NCBI RefSeq assembly: GCF_009914755.1 | Contig: NC_060948.1 | Source of the DNA: the human T2T-CHM13v2.0 reference genome, Homo sapiens | DNA length: 64,000 bases | Strand: one strand, 5' to 3' | Shown here: piece after piece, positions 40,849 to 53,861 of the stretch | Position numbering within the stretch: the first letter of the stretch is position 1 | Layout: every line of letters begins with the position of its first letter | Notes under the pieces: generated by a model | Databases searched by the model: none | Told to the model about the DNA's origin: nothing | Seen by the model: the letters and a program-made list of their open reading frames with translations, nothing else | Translations under genes and position numbers: made by a program

Positions 40849-43800
40849 GTTTCAAGATGGCCGAATAGGAACAGCTCCAGTCTACAGCTCCCAACGTGAA
40901 TGATGGAGAAGACGAGTGATGTCTGCATTTCCAACTGAGGTACTGAGTTCATCTCACTGGGGCTTGTTCGACAGTGGGTGCAGCCCACCAAGCATCAGCT
41001 GAAGCAGGGTGAGTCATCACCTCACCCAGGAATCACAAGGTGTTAGGGAATTCCGTTTCCTAGCCAAGGGAAGTTGTGACAGATAGCACCTGGAAAATTG
41101 GGTCACTCTCACCCTAATACTGTGCTTTTCCATTGGTCTTAGCAAAGAGCACACCAGGAGATTACATCTTGTGCCTGGCTTGGAGGGTCCCACACCTATG
41201 GAGCCTCACTCATTGCTAGCACAGCAGTCTGAAATCAAACTGCAAGGCAGCAGCGAGGCTGGGGGAAGGACACCCGCCATTACTGAGGCTTGAGTATGTA
41301 AACAAAGCAGCTGGGAAGCTCGAACTGTGTGGAAACCACCACAGCTCAAGGAGGCCTGCCTGCTTCTGTATACATCACCTCTGAGGGCAGGGAATAGCTG
41401 AAAAAAAGGCAGCAGAAACTTAAATGTCCCTAACCGACAGCTTTGAGGAGAGTAGTGGTTCTCCCGGCACAGAGTTTGAGATCTGAGAATGGACAGACTG
41501 CCTCCTCAAGTGAATCCCTGACCCCTGAGTAGCCTCACAGGGAGGCATCCCCCAGTAGGGGGCAGATTGACACCTCACACGGCCAGGTACCCCTCTGAGA
41601 TGAAACTTCCAGAGGAACGATCAGGCAGCAACATTTGCTGTTCAGCAATATTCACTGTACTGCAGCCTCCACTGCTGATAACCAGGAAAACAGAGTCTGG
41701 AGTGGGCCTCCAGCAAACTCCAACAGACCTGTAGCTGAGGATCCTGACTGTTAGAAGGAAAACTAACAGAGAAAGGACATCTACACCAAAACCCCATTAG
41801 TATGTCACCATCAGCAAAGGCCAAAGGTAGATAAAAACCAAAAAGATGGGGAAAAAACAGAGCAGAGAAGCTGAAAATTTGAAAAATCGAGTGCCTCTCC
41901 CACTCCAAAGGAATGCAGCTCCTCATCAGCAATGGAACAAAGCTGGACGCAGAATGACTTTGATAAGATGAAAGAAGAAGGCTTCAGATGATCAAACTTC
42001 TCTGAGTTAAAGCAGGAAGCTTGAACCCATCGCAAAGAAGTTAAAAACCTTGAAAAAGTTTAGACAAAGAGCTAAGTAGAATAACAAGCATAGAGAATTC
42101 CTTAAATGATCTGATGGAGCTGAAAACCATGGCATGAGAACTACATGATGAATGCACAAGCTTCAGTAGCTGATTCGATCAACTGGAAGAAAAGCTATCA
42201 GTGATTGAAGATAAAATGAGTGAAATGAAGTGAGAAGAGAAGTTTAGAGGAAAAAGAGAAAAAGAAATGAACAAAGCCTCCAAGAAATATGGGACTATGT
42301 GAAAAGAATAAATCTACATTTGATTGGTGTACATGAAAGTGGCGAGGAGAATGGAACCAAGTTGGAAAACACTTTGCAGGATATTATCCAGCAGAACTTC
42401 CCCAACCTAGCAAGGCACGCCAACATTCAAATTCGGGAAACACAGAGAACACCACAAAGATAATCCTCAAGAAGAGCAACTCCAAGATTCATAATTGTGA
42501 GATTCACCAAAGTTGAAATGAAGGAAAAAATGTTAAGGGCAGCCAGAGAGAAGGTGGGGTTACCCACAAAGGGGGGCCCATCAGACTAACAGCAGATCTC
42601 TTGGCAGAAACTCTACAAGCCAGAAGAGAGTGGGGGTCAACATTCAACATTCTTAGAGAAAAGAATTTTCAACCCAGAATTTCATATCCAGCCAAATTAA
42701 TCTTCATAAGTGAAGGAGAAATACAATCCTTTACAGACAAGCAAATACTGAGAGATTTTGTCACCACAAGGCCTGCCCTACAAGAGCTCCTGAAGGAAGC
42801 ATTAAACATGGAAAGGAACAACCAGTACCAGCCACTGTAAAAACATGACAAATTGTAAAGACCATCGAGGCTAGGAAGAAACCACATCAACTAATGCGCA
42901 AAATAACCAGCTAACATCATAATGACAAGATCAAATTCACATGTAACAATATTAACCTTAAATGTAAATGGGCTAAATACTCCAATTAAAAGACACAGAC
43001 TGGCAAATTGGATAAAGAGTCAAGACCCATCAGTGTTCTGTATTCATGAAACCCATCTCACATGCAGAGACACACGGATGTAGGAAGATCTACCAAGCAA
43101 ATGGAAAACAAACAAACAAACACAGGGTATGGGTTGCAACCTTAGTCTCTGATAAAACAGACTTTAAACCAACAAAGATCAAAAGAGACAAAGAAGGCCA
43201 TTACATAATCGTAAAGTGATCAATTCAACAAGAAGAGCTAACTACACTAAATATAAATGCATCCAATACAAGAGCAGCCAGATTCATAAAGCAAGTCCTT
43301 AGAGACATACACAGAGACTTAGACTCCCACACAATAATAATGGGAGAATTTGAGACCCCACTGTCAACATTAGACAGATCAATGAGACAGAAAGTTAACA
43401 AGCATATCAAGGAATTGAACTCAGCTCTGTACCAAGCAGACCTAATAGACACCTACAGAAGTCTCCACCCCACATCAACATAATATACATTCTTCTCAGC
43501 ACCACATCACACTTATTCCAAAATGGACCACATATTTGGAAGTAAAGCACTCCTCAGCAAATGTAAAAGAACGGATATTTTTACAAACTGTCTCTCAGAC
43601 AACAGTGCAATCAATCTAGAACTCAGGATTAAGAAACTCACTCAAAACCACTCAACTGCATGGAAACTGAACAAACAGCTCCTGAATGACTATGGGGTAC
43701 ATAATAAAATGACGGCAGAAATAAAGATGTTCTTTGAAACTGATGAGAACAAAGACACAACATACCAGAATCTCTGGGACACATTTAAAGCAGTGTGTAA

Positions 43801-43890
43801 AGGGAAATTTACAGCACTAAATGCCCACAAAGAAAGCAGAAAAGATCTACAATTGACACCCTAACATCACAATTAAAAGAAATAGAGAAG
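40849..43890 (+). mobile_element. L1PA4/5-like LINE-1 'A': unspliced 5'UTR, ORF1 (from 41846) and first about 1 kb of ORF2 (from 42922), in OFD1 intron 3
   Basis: CAAGATGGCCGAATAGGAACAGCTCC start; ATGGGGAAAAAACAG; ATGACAAGATCAAATTCAC; ends abruptly at AAAAGAAATAGAGAAG. Reading frames disrupted. Confidence 0.93.
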
Positions 43891-46800
43891 TGGAGTGGTT
43901 CCAAGATGGCAGAATAGGAAGAGCTCCAGTCTACAGCTCCAAGTGTGAGCGAATCAGAAGATGGGTGATTTCTGCATTTCCAACTGAGCTTTCAAGAGAG
44001 TAGTGGTTCTCCCAGCACAGAATTTGAGATCTGAGAACGGACACACTGCCTCCTGAAGTGGGTCCCTGACCCCGAGTAGCCTAACTGGGCGGCATCCCCC
44101 ATAGGGGCAGACTGACACTTCACATGGTGGGGTACCCCTCTGAGACAAAACTTACAGAGGAATGATCAGGCAGCAACATTTGCTATTCAGCAGCATTCGC
44201 TGTTCTACAGCCTCTGCTGCTGATACGCAGGCAAACAGGGAATGGAGTGGACCTCCAGCAAACTCCAACAGACCTGCAGCCGAGGATCCTGACTGTTAGC
44301 AGGAAAACTAACAAACAGGAGGGATATCCATACCAAAACCCAAATGTACATCACCATCATCAAAGAACAAAGGTAGATAAAACCAAAAAGATGGGGAAAA
44401 AACAGAGCAGAAAAACTGAAAATTCTAAAAATCAGAGCATCTCTCCTCCTCCAAAGGAATGCAGCTTGTCACCAGCAACGGAACAAAGCTGGATGGAGAA
44501 TGACTCTGACAAGCTGAGAGAAGAAGGCTACAGACGATCAATTTCTCTGAGCTAAAGGAGGAAGTTCCAACCCATCGCAAAGAAGTTAAAAACCCTGAAA
44601 AACGATTAGACAAATGGCTAACTAGAATAACCAATGCAGAGAAGTCCTTAAAGGACCTGATGGAGCGGAAAACCATGGCACAAGAACTACGTGACAAATG
44701 CACTAGCCTCAGTAGCCAATTCAATCATCTGGAAGAAAGGGTACCAGTGGTTGAAGATAAAATGAATGAAATGAAGCAAGAAGAGAAATTAGAGAAATTC
44801 TTTTTATTAAGAAATGAAAAAAGCCTCCAAGAAATATGGCACTATGTGAAAAGACCAAATCTATGTCTGATTGGTGTACCTGAAAGTGACAAGGAGAATG
44901 GAACCAAGTTAGAAAACACTGCAGGATATAATCCAGCAGAACTTCCCCAACCTAGCAAGGCAGTACAACATTCAAATTCAGGAAATACAGAGAATGCCAC
45001 AAAGATAATCCTCGAGAAGAGCAACTCCAACACACATAACTGTCACATTCACCAAAGTTGAAATGAAGGAAAACATGTTAAGGGAATCCAGAGAGAAGGG
45101 TCAGGTTACACACAAAGTGAAGCCCATCAGACTAACAGCAGATTTCTTGGCAGAAACTCTACAAGCCAGAAGAGAATGGGGAACAATATTCAACATTCTT
45201 AAAGAAAATAATTTTCAACCCAGAATTTCGTATCCAAACCAAACTAAGCTTCATAAGTGAAGGAGAAATAAAATCCTTTACAGACAAGCAAATGCTGAGA
45301 GATTTTGTCACCACCAGGTTCGTCCTACAAGAACTCCTGAAGGAAGCACTAAACATGGAAAGGAACAACCAGTACTAGCCATTGCAAAAACCTACCAAAT
45401 TCTAAAGACCACTGATGCTAGGAATAAACTGCATCAACTAACGCGCAAAATAACCAGCTAACATCATAATGACAGGATCAAATTCACACATAACAATATT
45501 AATGTTAAATGTAAATGGGCTAAATTCTCCCATTAAAAGATAGAGACTGGCAAATTGGATAAAGAGTCAAGAGCCATCAGTGTTCTGTATCCATGAAACC
45601 CATCTCATGTGCAGAGACACACATAGGCTCAAAATAAAGGGATGGAGGAAGATATAACATGAAAATGGAAAACAAAAAAAGAAAAGCACAGGAGTTGCAA
45701 TCCTAGCTTCTGATAAAACACATTTTAAACCAACAAAGATCAAAAGAGACAAAGAAGGCCATTACATAACGGTAAAGGGATCAATTCAACAAGAAGAGCT
45801 AACTATCCTAAATATATACATACCCAATACAGGAGCACTCACATTCATAAATCAAGTTCTCAGAGACATACAAAGAGACCTAGACTCCCACACAATAATA
45901 AATGAGAGACTTTAACACCCCATTGTCTACATTAGACAGATCAACGAGACAGAAAATCAACAAGGATATCCAGGAATTGAACTCAGCTCTGCACCAAGTG
46001 GACCTAATAGACATCTACAGAACTCTCCACACCAAATCAACAGAATATATGTTCTTCTCAGCACCACATTGCACTTATTCCAAAACTGACCACATATTTG
46101 GAAGTAAAACACTACTCAGCAAATGTGAAAGAACAGAATTATAACAAACTGTCTCTCAGACCATAGTACAATCAAACTAGGACTCAGGATTAAGAAACTC
46201 ACTTAAAGCCTCTCAACAACATGGAAACTGAACAACCTGCTCTTGAATGACTGCTTGGGTACATAACGAAATGAAGGGAGAAATAACGATGGCTTTGAAA
46301 CCAATGAGAAAAACGACACAACATACCAAAATCTCTGGGACGCATTCAAAGCAGTGTGTAGAGGGAAATGTATAGCACTGAATTTCCACAAGAGAAAGCA
46401 GGAAACATCTACAATTGACACCCTAACATCACAATTAAAAGAACTAGAGAAGCAAGAGCAAACACATTCAAAAGCTAGCAGAAGGCAAGAAATAACTAAG
46501 ATCAGAGTACAACTGAAAGAGATAGAAACACAAAAAACCCTTCAAAGAATCAATGAATCCGGGAGCTGGTTTTTTGAAAAGATCAACAAAATTGATAGAC
46601 TACTAGCAAGACTAATAAAGAAGAAAAGAGAGAAGAATCAAATATACACAATAAAATATGATAAAGGGGATATCACCACCAATCCCACGGAAGTACAAAC
46701 TACCATCAGAGAATACTATGAATACCTCTACACAAATAAATTAGAAAATCTGGAAGAAATGGATAAATTCTTTGACACATACACCCTCCCAAGACTAAAC

Positions 46801-49516
46801 CAGGAAGAAATTGAATCTCTGAATAGACCAACAACAGGTTCTGATATTGAGGCAACAATTAATAGCTTACCAACCAAAAAAAGTACAGGACCAGACGGAT
46901 TCACAGCCAAATTCTACCGGAGGTACAAAAAGGAGCTAGTACCATTCCTTCTGAAATTGTTCCAATCAATAGAAAAAGAGGGAATCCTCTCTAACTCATT
47001 TTATGAGGCCAGCATCATACTGATACCAATGCCTGGCAAAGACACCACAAAAAAAGAGAATTGTAGACCAATATCCCCGATGAACATCGAGGCAAAAATC
47101 CTCAATAAAATACTGACAAACTGAATCCAGCAGCACATCAAAAAGCTTATCCACCATGATCAAGTGGGCTTCATCCCTGGGATGCAAGGCTGGTTGAACA
47201 TATGCAAATGAATAAATATAATCCAGCATATAAACAGAACCAAAGACAAAAACCACATGATTATCTCAATAGATGCAGAAAAGGCCTTTGACAAAATTCA
47301 ACAGCTCTTCATGCTAAAAACTTTCAATAAATTAGGTATTGATGGGATGGATCTCAAAATAATAAGAGCTATTTATGACAAACCCACAGCCAATATCATA
47401 CTGAATGGGCAAAAACTGGAAGCATTCCCTTTGAAAACCGGCACAAGACAGGCAAGCCTTCTCTCCCCACTCCTATTCAACATAGTGTTGGAAGTTCTGG
47501 CCAGGGCAATCAGGCAGGAGAAGGAAATAAAGGGTATTCAATTAGGAAAAGAGGAAGTCAAATTGTCCCAGTTTGCAGATGACATGATTGTATATCTAGA
47601 AAACTACATCATCTTAGCCCAAAATCTCCTTAAGCTGATAAGCAACTTCAGCAAAGTCTCAAGATACAAAAGCAATGTGCAAAAATCACAAGCGTTCTTA
47701 GACACCAATAACAGACCGAGAGCCAAATCATGAGTGAATTCCCATTCACAATTGCTTCAAACAGAATAAAGTACCTAGGAATCCAACTTATAAGAGATGT
47801 GAAGGAACTCTTCAAGGAGAACTACAAACCACTGCTCAACAAAATAAAAGAGGATACAAGCAAATGGAAGAACATTCCATGCTCATGGATAGGAAGAATC
47901 AATATCGTGAAAATGGCCATATTGGCCAAGGTAATTTATAGATTCAATGCCATCCCCATCAGGTATCAATGACTTTCTTAACAGATTTAGAAAAAACTAC
48001 TTTAAAGTTCATATGGAACCAAAAAGAAGCCTGCATTGCCAAGTCAATCCTAAGCCAAAAGAACAAAGTTGGAGGCATCATGCTACCTGACTTCAAACTA
48101 CACTACAAGGCTACAGTAAACAAAACAGTATAGCACTGGTACCAAAATAGTATAGTACTGGTACCAAAACAGATATACAGACCAATGGAACAGAACAGAG
48201 TCCTCAGAAATAATACCACACACCCACAACCATCTGATCTTTGACAAACCTGACAAAAACAAAAAATGGGGAAAAGATTCCCTAGTTTATAAATGGTGCT
48301 AGGAAAACTGGCTAGCCATATGTAGAAAGCTGAAACTGGATCCCTTCCTTACACCTTATACAAAAATTAATTCAAGATGGATTAAAGACTTAAATGTTAG
48401 ATCTAAAACCATAAAAACCCTAGAAGAAAACCTAGGCAATACCACTCAGGACATGGGCATGTCTAAACACCAAAAGCAATGGCAACAAACGCCATAAGTG
48501 ACAAATGGGATCTAATTAAAGAGCTTCTGCACAGCAAAAGAAACTACCATCATAGTGAACAGGCAAACTACAGAAGGGGAGAAAATGTTTGCAATCTACT
48601 CATCTGACACAGGGCTAATATCCAGAATCTACAAAGAACACAAAGAAATTTACAAGAAAAAAAACAAACAACCCCATCAAAATTGGTCAAAGGATATGAA
48701 CAGACATTTCTCAGAAGAAGACATTTATACAGCCAACATACACATGAAAAAATGCTCATCATCACTGGCCATCAGAAAAATGCAAAATGAAACCACAATG
48801 AGATAATATCTCACACCAGTTGGAATGGCAATCATTAAAAAGTCAGGAAACAACTGGTGCTGGAGAGGATGTGGAGATATAGGAATACTTTTACACTGCT
48901 GGTGGGACTGTAAGCTGGTCCAACCATTGTGGAAGACGGTGTGGTGATTCCTCAAGGATCTAGAACTAGAAATACCATTTGACCCAGCCATCCTATTACT
49001 AGATATACACCCAGAGGTTTGTAAATCATGCTGCTATAAAGACACATGCAACATATGTTTATTGAGGCACTATACGCAATAGCAAAGACTTGGAACCAAC
49101 CTAAATGTCCATCAATGATAGACTGGAATAAGAAAATGTGGCACATATACACTATGGAATACTATTCAGCCATAAAAAAGGATGAATTCATGTCCTTTGT
49201 AGGGACATGGATGAAGCCAGAAACCATCCTTCTCAGCAAACTGTCACAAGGACAAAAAACCAAATACCACATGTTCTCACTAATAGGTGGGAATTGAACA
49301 ATGAGAACACTGGGACACAGGGAAGGGAACATCACACACTGAAGCCTGTCGTGTGGTGGCGGGAGGGGGAAGGATAGCATCAGGAGATATACCTAGTGTA
49401 AATGATGAGTTAATGAGTTCAGCACACCAACATGGCATGTGTATACATATGTAACAAATCTGCACTTTGTGAACTTGTTCCCTAGAACCTAAATTATAAC
49501 CAAAAAATCATAAAAT
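43891..49516 (+). mobile_element. L1PA4/5-like LINE-1 'B': near full length with a spliced 5'UTR (SpIRE-type), disrupted ORF1/ORF2, 3'UTR and degraded A tail
   Basis: New L1 start GGTTCCAAGATGGCAGAATAGG; junction CAACTGAG|CTTTCAAGAG at 43988/43989; RT motif FADDMIVY in ORF 47257..47733; ORF2 end FSLIGGN at 49297. Confidence 0.93.
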
Positions 49517-49567
49517 AAAGTAGAAGATACATAAAAAATGTTCAAAACTGAACAGGAAGTACATTAC

Positions 49568-49768
49568 CTTTTATTTTGCCAAACCAATTTCTGGAAAGAA
49601 AACAGAAAGCGAAGACTCATAGCCACATCTTTGTTGGTGATCGGCCACTAAAGAGTTAGAGGCTTTTAGTAAGAGGGAGTTCCCTTGCATTGAAATGGAC
49701 TGAAGCTACTATTCTCCATTCAATACAAGGTGCATCAACTCATGAATTAGCTGGTTTTGAATTTGTGT
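49568..49768 (-). pseudogene. OFD1: OFD1 exon 3 homolog (201 nt, LisH region)
   Basis: [68 protein letters not shown] intact; three in-frame stops. Confidence 0.93.
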
Positions 49769-49774
49769 CTTGCA

Positions 49775-49900
49775 AGGGAGGAAGGAAGAAAGAAAGGAAA
49801 AAAAAAAGAAAGAAAAGAAGGAAGGAAGAAAGAAGGGAGGAAGGGAGAAAGAGGAAAGGAGAAAGGAAGAAAGGAAGGAGAAAGAAGGAAGGAAGGAAGT
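49775..49900 (+). repeat. Polypurine (GAAG/GAAA) low-complexity tract, i.e. the pyrimidine tract just upstream of the OFD1 exon 3 acceptor on the minus strand
   Basis: About 125 nt of only G and A adjacent to the acceptor at 49769-49770. Confidence 0.9.
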
Positions 49901-50986
49901 CAGTCAGTCAGTTAAGGTAAAAAAAAATCAGTAGGATTTTCTCAGTAGAGATATACACAGATGTGTTACATTCATTGGAAATCTTCCTTTTATTTCCATA
50001 ATGTTTCTAGATCCACATCCAGAAGTTAGGAAACTTCCCCTGCAAAACTCTTACCCCATAGACAAGAAGGCCAGTGTGTTCTAGAAAAATGTTTCTTTCC
50101 TCAGCTTCCAAGTGAAACTGATGGTTAGCCAGACCCATTTGCAGACTCTTAACTTCCCTAGAAGGTGATTTCAGAAGCTTACGCTTGAGATACAAAGTAT
50201 GAGGAAAAATTCTGCCAGTTCATCACACTTCTGTGGACTGTTGGAAAATATAACCAAAATATTCGACAGCAAGGGACTGTTTGTATGTTACAAAAATATC
50301 CAAAGATAAGTCTCTTACCTCTAAAAATGAGGATTTCAAGAAAATTCTAAGGAAACAGAGAAATGCTCACACCATATAGTTTAAAATGTTTAAACACCAT
50401 AAAATAGTTTAAACACCATAAGTTTAAAAATGACATATACACTGGATATATCTACATATTTTAAAAGTAAAATATGCTTTTTAAATGCATATTGCAATAA
50501 AAATACGTTGAGCTAATCCTATTTCTAGCTGTTAATCAAAATATAAAGTATATCTACAGATATTTGCTGCTCAAGTTAAATATTCAGTCACATTACATAG
50601 TTTAAAGATGAAAATGTTCATTCCTCAAACTATTAAAACAGCACACTAGTGTTTTCTACATGGTGTGAATGTCCCTCATCCAAATGTATTACTAACCCAC
50701 TTGTTAGTTTAGGAATCTGTAAGCCAGATTTATAAAACAGGCCTAATTTTACTAAAATGTGTTCATTATATAAATGCTTTCGGCTATTTTATTGTTGGTT
50801 CAATTAATTATTTGAACATTCTCCTTTAGGTCGACTCAAATGCAACATTTTCTCAATAGTTTCAAAGAGACCGTAATATTTCAGGATAGACTTTTGAAAC
50901 CCAAACATTGGATGAATTTAAATGTGAACTACTTTTTACAGGTTACACTTTTAAAAGTTATGGAGCAAATGAACGTACATCTGATA

Positions 50987-51085
50987 CTTGAGTGTACCCT
51001 GTACACCCCAATCCTTCAACATTCTGTGTAGCTTTCTGTGCAGCTTATTTTGACTCAACACGTCAGACATGGGGAGAAAGGTGGA
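50987..51085 (-). pseudogene. OFD1: OFD1 exon 2 homolog (99 nt)
   Basis: STFLPMSDVLSQNKLHRKLHRMLKDWGVQGTLK vs OFD1 [33 protein letters not shown]. AG acceptor intact; one G lost at the donor. Confidence 0.92.
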
Positions 51086-51258
51086 CTAGAAGACAAAATG
51101 GTTACAGGTTACCTGGGGGATAGAGGAAAGGTGAACGACGGAAAAAAGATCACTGGTCTCTGGGGACACCCTGAGTGGCCTAGCAGGGAAAGGGGTATTA
51201 AGGACTATCAACAATACTTCATTTCTACTTGTCCCCGATGAGGGGCAGTTGTGTATTC

Positions 51259-51600
51259 CTGAGTCATCAGGCGCCAGCTTCCTCCAGTCACTAGCTGCCT
51301 CCCAAGCCGCCTCACTGGCCCCGCTATGGGCCGAGTTGACTGCCCAGTCCAGGCTGCAAGGCCAAGATGAGGGGGAATCCCTGGCCTCAGAGACATGCCT
51401 CTGTCCCAGGTGAGGAGCAAGGGTGCTTAACACTCTCAATCTCACAGTCCCAAATAGGTTTTCTATCAAGCATGTGAGCCTCCTCTCTTCGTGGTTCTGA
51501 GGCATGGATGAGGACCGTGACCTAGGCACAATTCAAAGGCGCTTGGAGGGCTGGGACCCAAAGACTAGGGATGGAAAGCAGTGAGGCAGGACCGCGAGAT
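51259..51600 (-). pseudogene. OFD1: OFD1 exon 1 homolog (5'UTR plus start codons)
   Basis: Minus strand GCCTCAGAACCACGAAGAGAGGAGGCTC...AGAAAACCTA...GGGATTCCCCCTC...GCGCCTGATGACTCAG matches the recalled OFD1 5'UTR. The donor reads GA instead of GT. Upstream boundary approximate. Confidence 0.8.
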
Positions 51601-51800
51601 TACAGCCCTCACACCCCATCCTGCCCCTCCTGGAGACCTACAAAGTACAGTCTTCCCGTCTGAAGAGACATGGTGCATGCACTTTGTTGCCTAGCACCCG
51701 ACAGAAGCTCCACCCATATCTCGGGAGAGCACATCCAGGGTATCCAAAGAACTGCCCCCGGGGAAATGTGGCTGAAGCAGTGGAGCGCGGGACTCCACAG
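51560..51800. promoter_or_regulatory. Decayed bidirectional promoter / former CpG island between OFD1 and TRAPPC2 first exons
   Basis: Locally GC-rich, lies between divergently oriented first exons, rich in TG/CA, with near-matches to NRF1, RFX X-box and TCTCGCGAGA motifs. Activity unknown. Confidence 0.7.
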
Positions 51801-53084
51801 CTGGACTTAGATTGTCTTTCCCTCGTCGGCCTCTCGCTGCAGGTAGGGGATGGAGTGAGTCGAAACAGGCGTTTTGAGTCCCTGTGGGACTTCACTGGCC
51901 CTGCGTGACTTCACTGGCCCTGCGTGATGGCGCAGGCTGGTGCCATATCTCCACTCCTCCCTGGGGTAGCCAGATCAGATCTGCCACGTCCTGACCGGCT
52001 CATCCATGCTCTAAGCACTTCCACCTGCAAGTGTCTGCCCTCTTTGGAGTCTGCTTTCGCGGTTGACAGTCGAACATTCACCTGACCCAGGGTTTCTTAA
52101 TGAAGCCACTGTTGCCTTTTGGAGCCAGCAGATGTTTTGGGGGCTGTCCTGGGCATTGTAGATTTAGCTGTGTCCTCGGTCTCTATTTTGTCAATAGCAC
52201 CTTCTCCCCCAAGCGAGACAACCAAAAATGTCTCCAGACATTGTCAGATGTCCTCTTGGAAGCAAGATGTCTCAGAATTGAGATCCACAGAGCTAATTTT
52301 TTCTGAGTAGCCACCGTTGTGTGTTGTGAGGAAAGATGAGCCTGACCTCATGACGCTTACATTAATTAAAAAGAAAAGGAACCAAACCTCTCAGAAGCAA
52401 TAATGAAAATATTACAGCTAGAGAATTGAGCAAGTGCTAAGATCACATTATAAACTGAGTAAAGAGTTTAAAGGGGAGGTGGTTGAAGATGGAAGTGATC
52501 CAGATCATCTCTCAGAAAAAGTGTAAACTCATCAGGACCTTGATGCATAGGATTTGCGTGGTGCACTAAAAGAAGAGCTTTGCAGGGGAGGGAAAATGAG
52601 CAAAGGAATAAAAAACAAATAAAACAAACAAACAAAAATCCAAGACCTTCTGGGGGCAGTGAGGAATCTACCCCGAGTCCAGAGTTGTATGCTGGAAATA
52701 TAAGCCTGAGAAACTATCTAAGCCCTGTGAGGACAAAATTTGATCAGTGACACCTTTGTACATGACATTGAAAAAGTGTACAATGAGTTTTGATCACTGG
52801 CTGTGAAAAACTTAAAGTCTTTAAGAAGCAGTATGAGTGACAGGACTTCTTAGCACGTGGAGAATGTGTAGGCTTTTGTTGGAAATAATTGAGGAGGAGG
52901 AGAAACTTAGTTGAATTTTAAAAAATAGGTAAAGGCTGCAGGCAGAATCAGGGAGAACATTCCAGGGATGATGACAGAAACAGTAGTAACTCTGAAGTGG
53001 ATACAGTCAAGGTGGATTTGGGGGCAAAAAAAGTAAATGACAAAACTCTAGCGAAGGTGGAACAATAGGCCACTGTAACAAATT

Positions 53085-53520
53085 ATTACAAATTTAGTGG
53101 CTTAATACAAGTGTATCATCTTACACTTCTGTAACATACGAGTCCAATAGAGGTCTTGTTCAGCTAAAATCTAAGTGTGCACAGGACTGTGTTCCTCTTG
53201 GAGGCTCTAGAGGATAATTTGTTTCCCTGTACTTTCTAGCTTCTAGGGGCCTGCTGCATTCTTTAGCCATAGCCCCTTCCTCTGTTTTCAAAGCCATCAA
53301 CATCACATTGCTTTTCTCCTTCTTCTGTCACTTCCCCCTGACTTTCCTCTTTTGCTTCCATCTTCTACATTTAAGGTCGTTCCAATGGCATTGATCAAGC
53401 TGCATGATCCTCGGCAATCTTCCTATCTTAAGGTCAGCTGCTGAACAACCTTAATTTCTCTTTGCCATGAGCCCTCACATACTCACAAGTTTTAGAGATT
53501 TGGATGAGGGCATCTTAGAA
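53085..53520 (-). mobile_element. MaLR LTR (MLT1-like); a second MLT1-like LTR lies at about 58350-58790
   Basis: CTGTAACAAATTATTACAAATTTAGTGGCTTAA...GGAGGCTCTAGAGGATAATTTGTTTCC motifs of MLT1. Confidence 0.65.
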
Positions 53521-53861
53521 GAGAGGTCACAATCTGTTTGTTCCTCTCAGCTAGACATTTGAAAACTATCTTAGATTCTCCTCTTGTCCTCCATTTCCCA
53601 ATTTAATCTATTATCTAATTCTATGTAGCTACGTCCTCAGGGCCTCTGGGACAAGTGTTCCTTGGAGATTCTTCAAAGGCCCTTATTTAAAGCAACAGAA
53701 AAATCGAGAAGACCATGAATACACATTCATGCCAATGCAGGTATGTCAGTCATGGCTGTTGCTTTATTTGCATTATGTGTTGGAATTCTAAGTAACACTT
53801 GTTTTGTTGGTGAAGGAAATATGGAGATATCACAGAAATTTTATTTTAAAAAGTTGAAATT

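Noticed and set aside
49690-49920. K/R/E-rich 76-aa ORF resembling a nuclear localisation or protamine-like peptide
   Set aside because: Translation of the polypurine tract, antisense to OFD1 exon 3.
51086-51529. 147-aa minus-strand ORF near the promoter, and overlapping ORFs at 51208-51908
   Set aside because: It runs through the OFD1 5'UTR and intron 1 homolog in GC-rich sequence where stops are scarce; no recognisable protein similarity.
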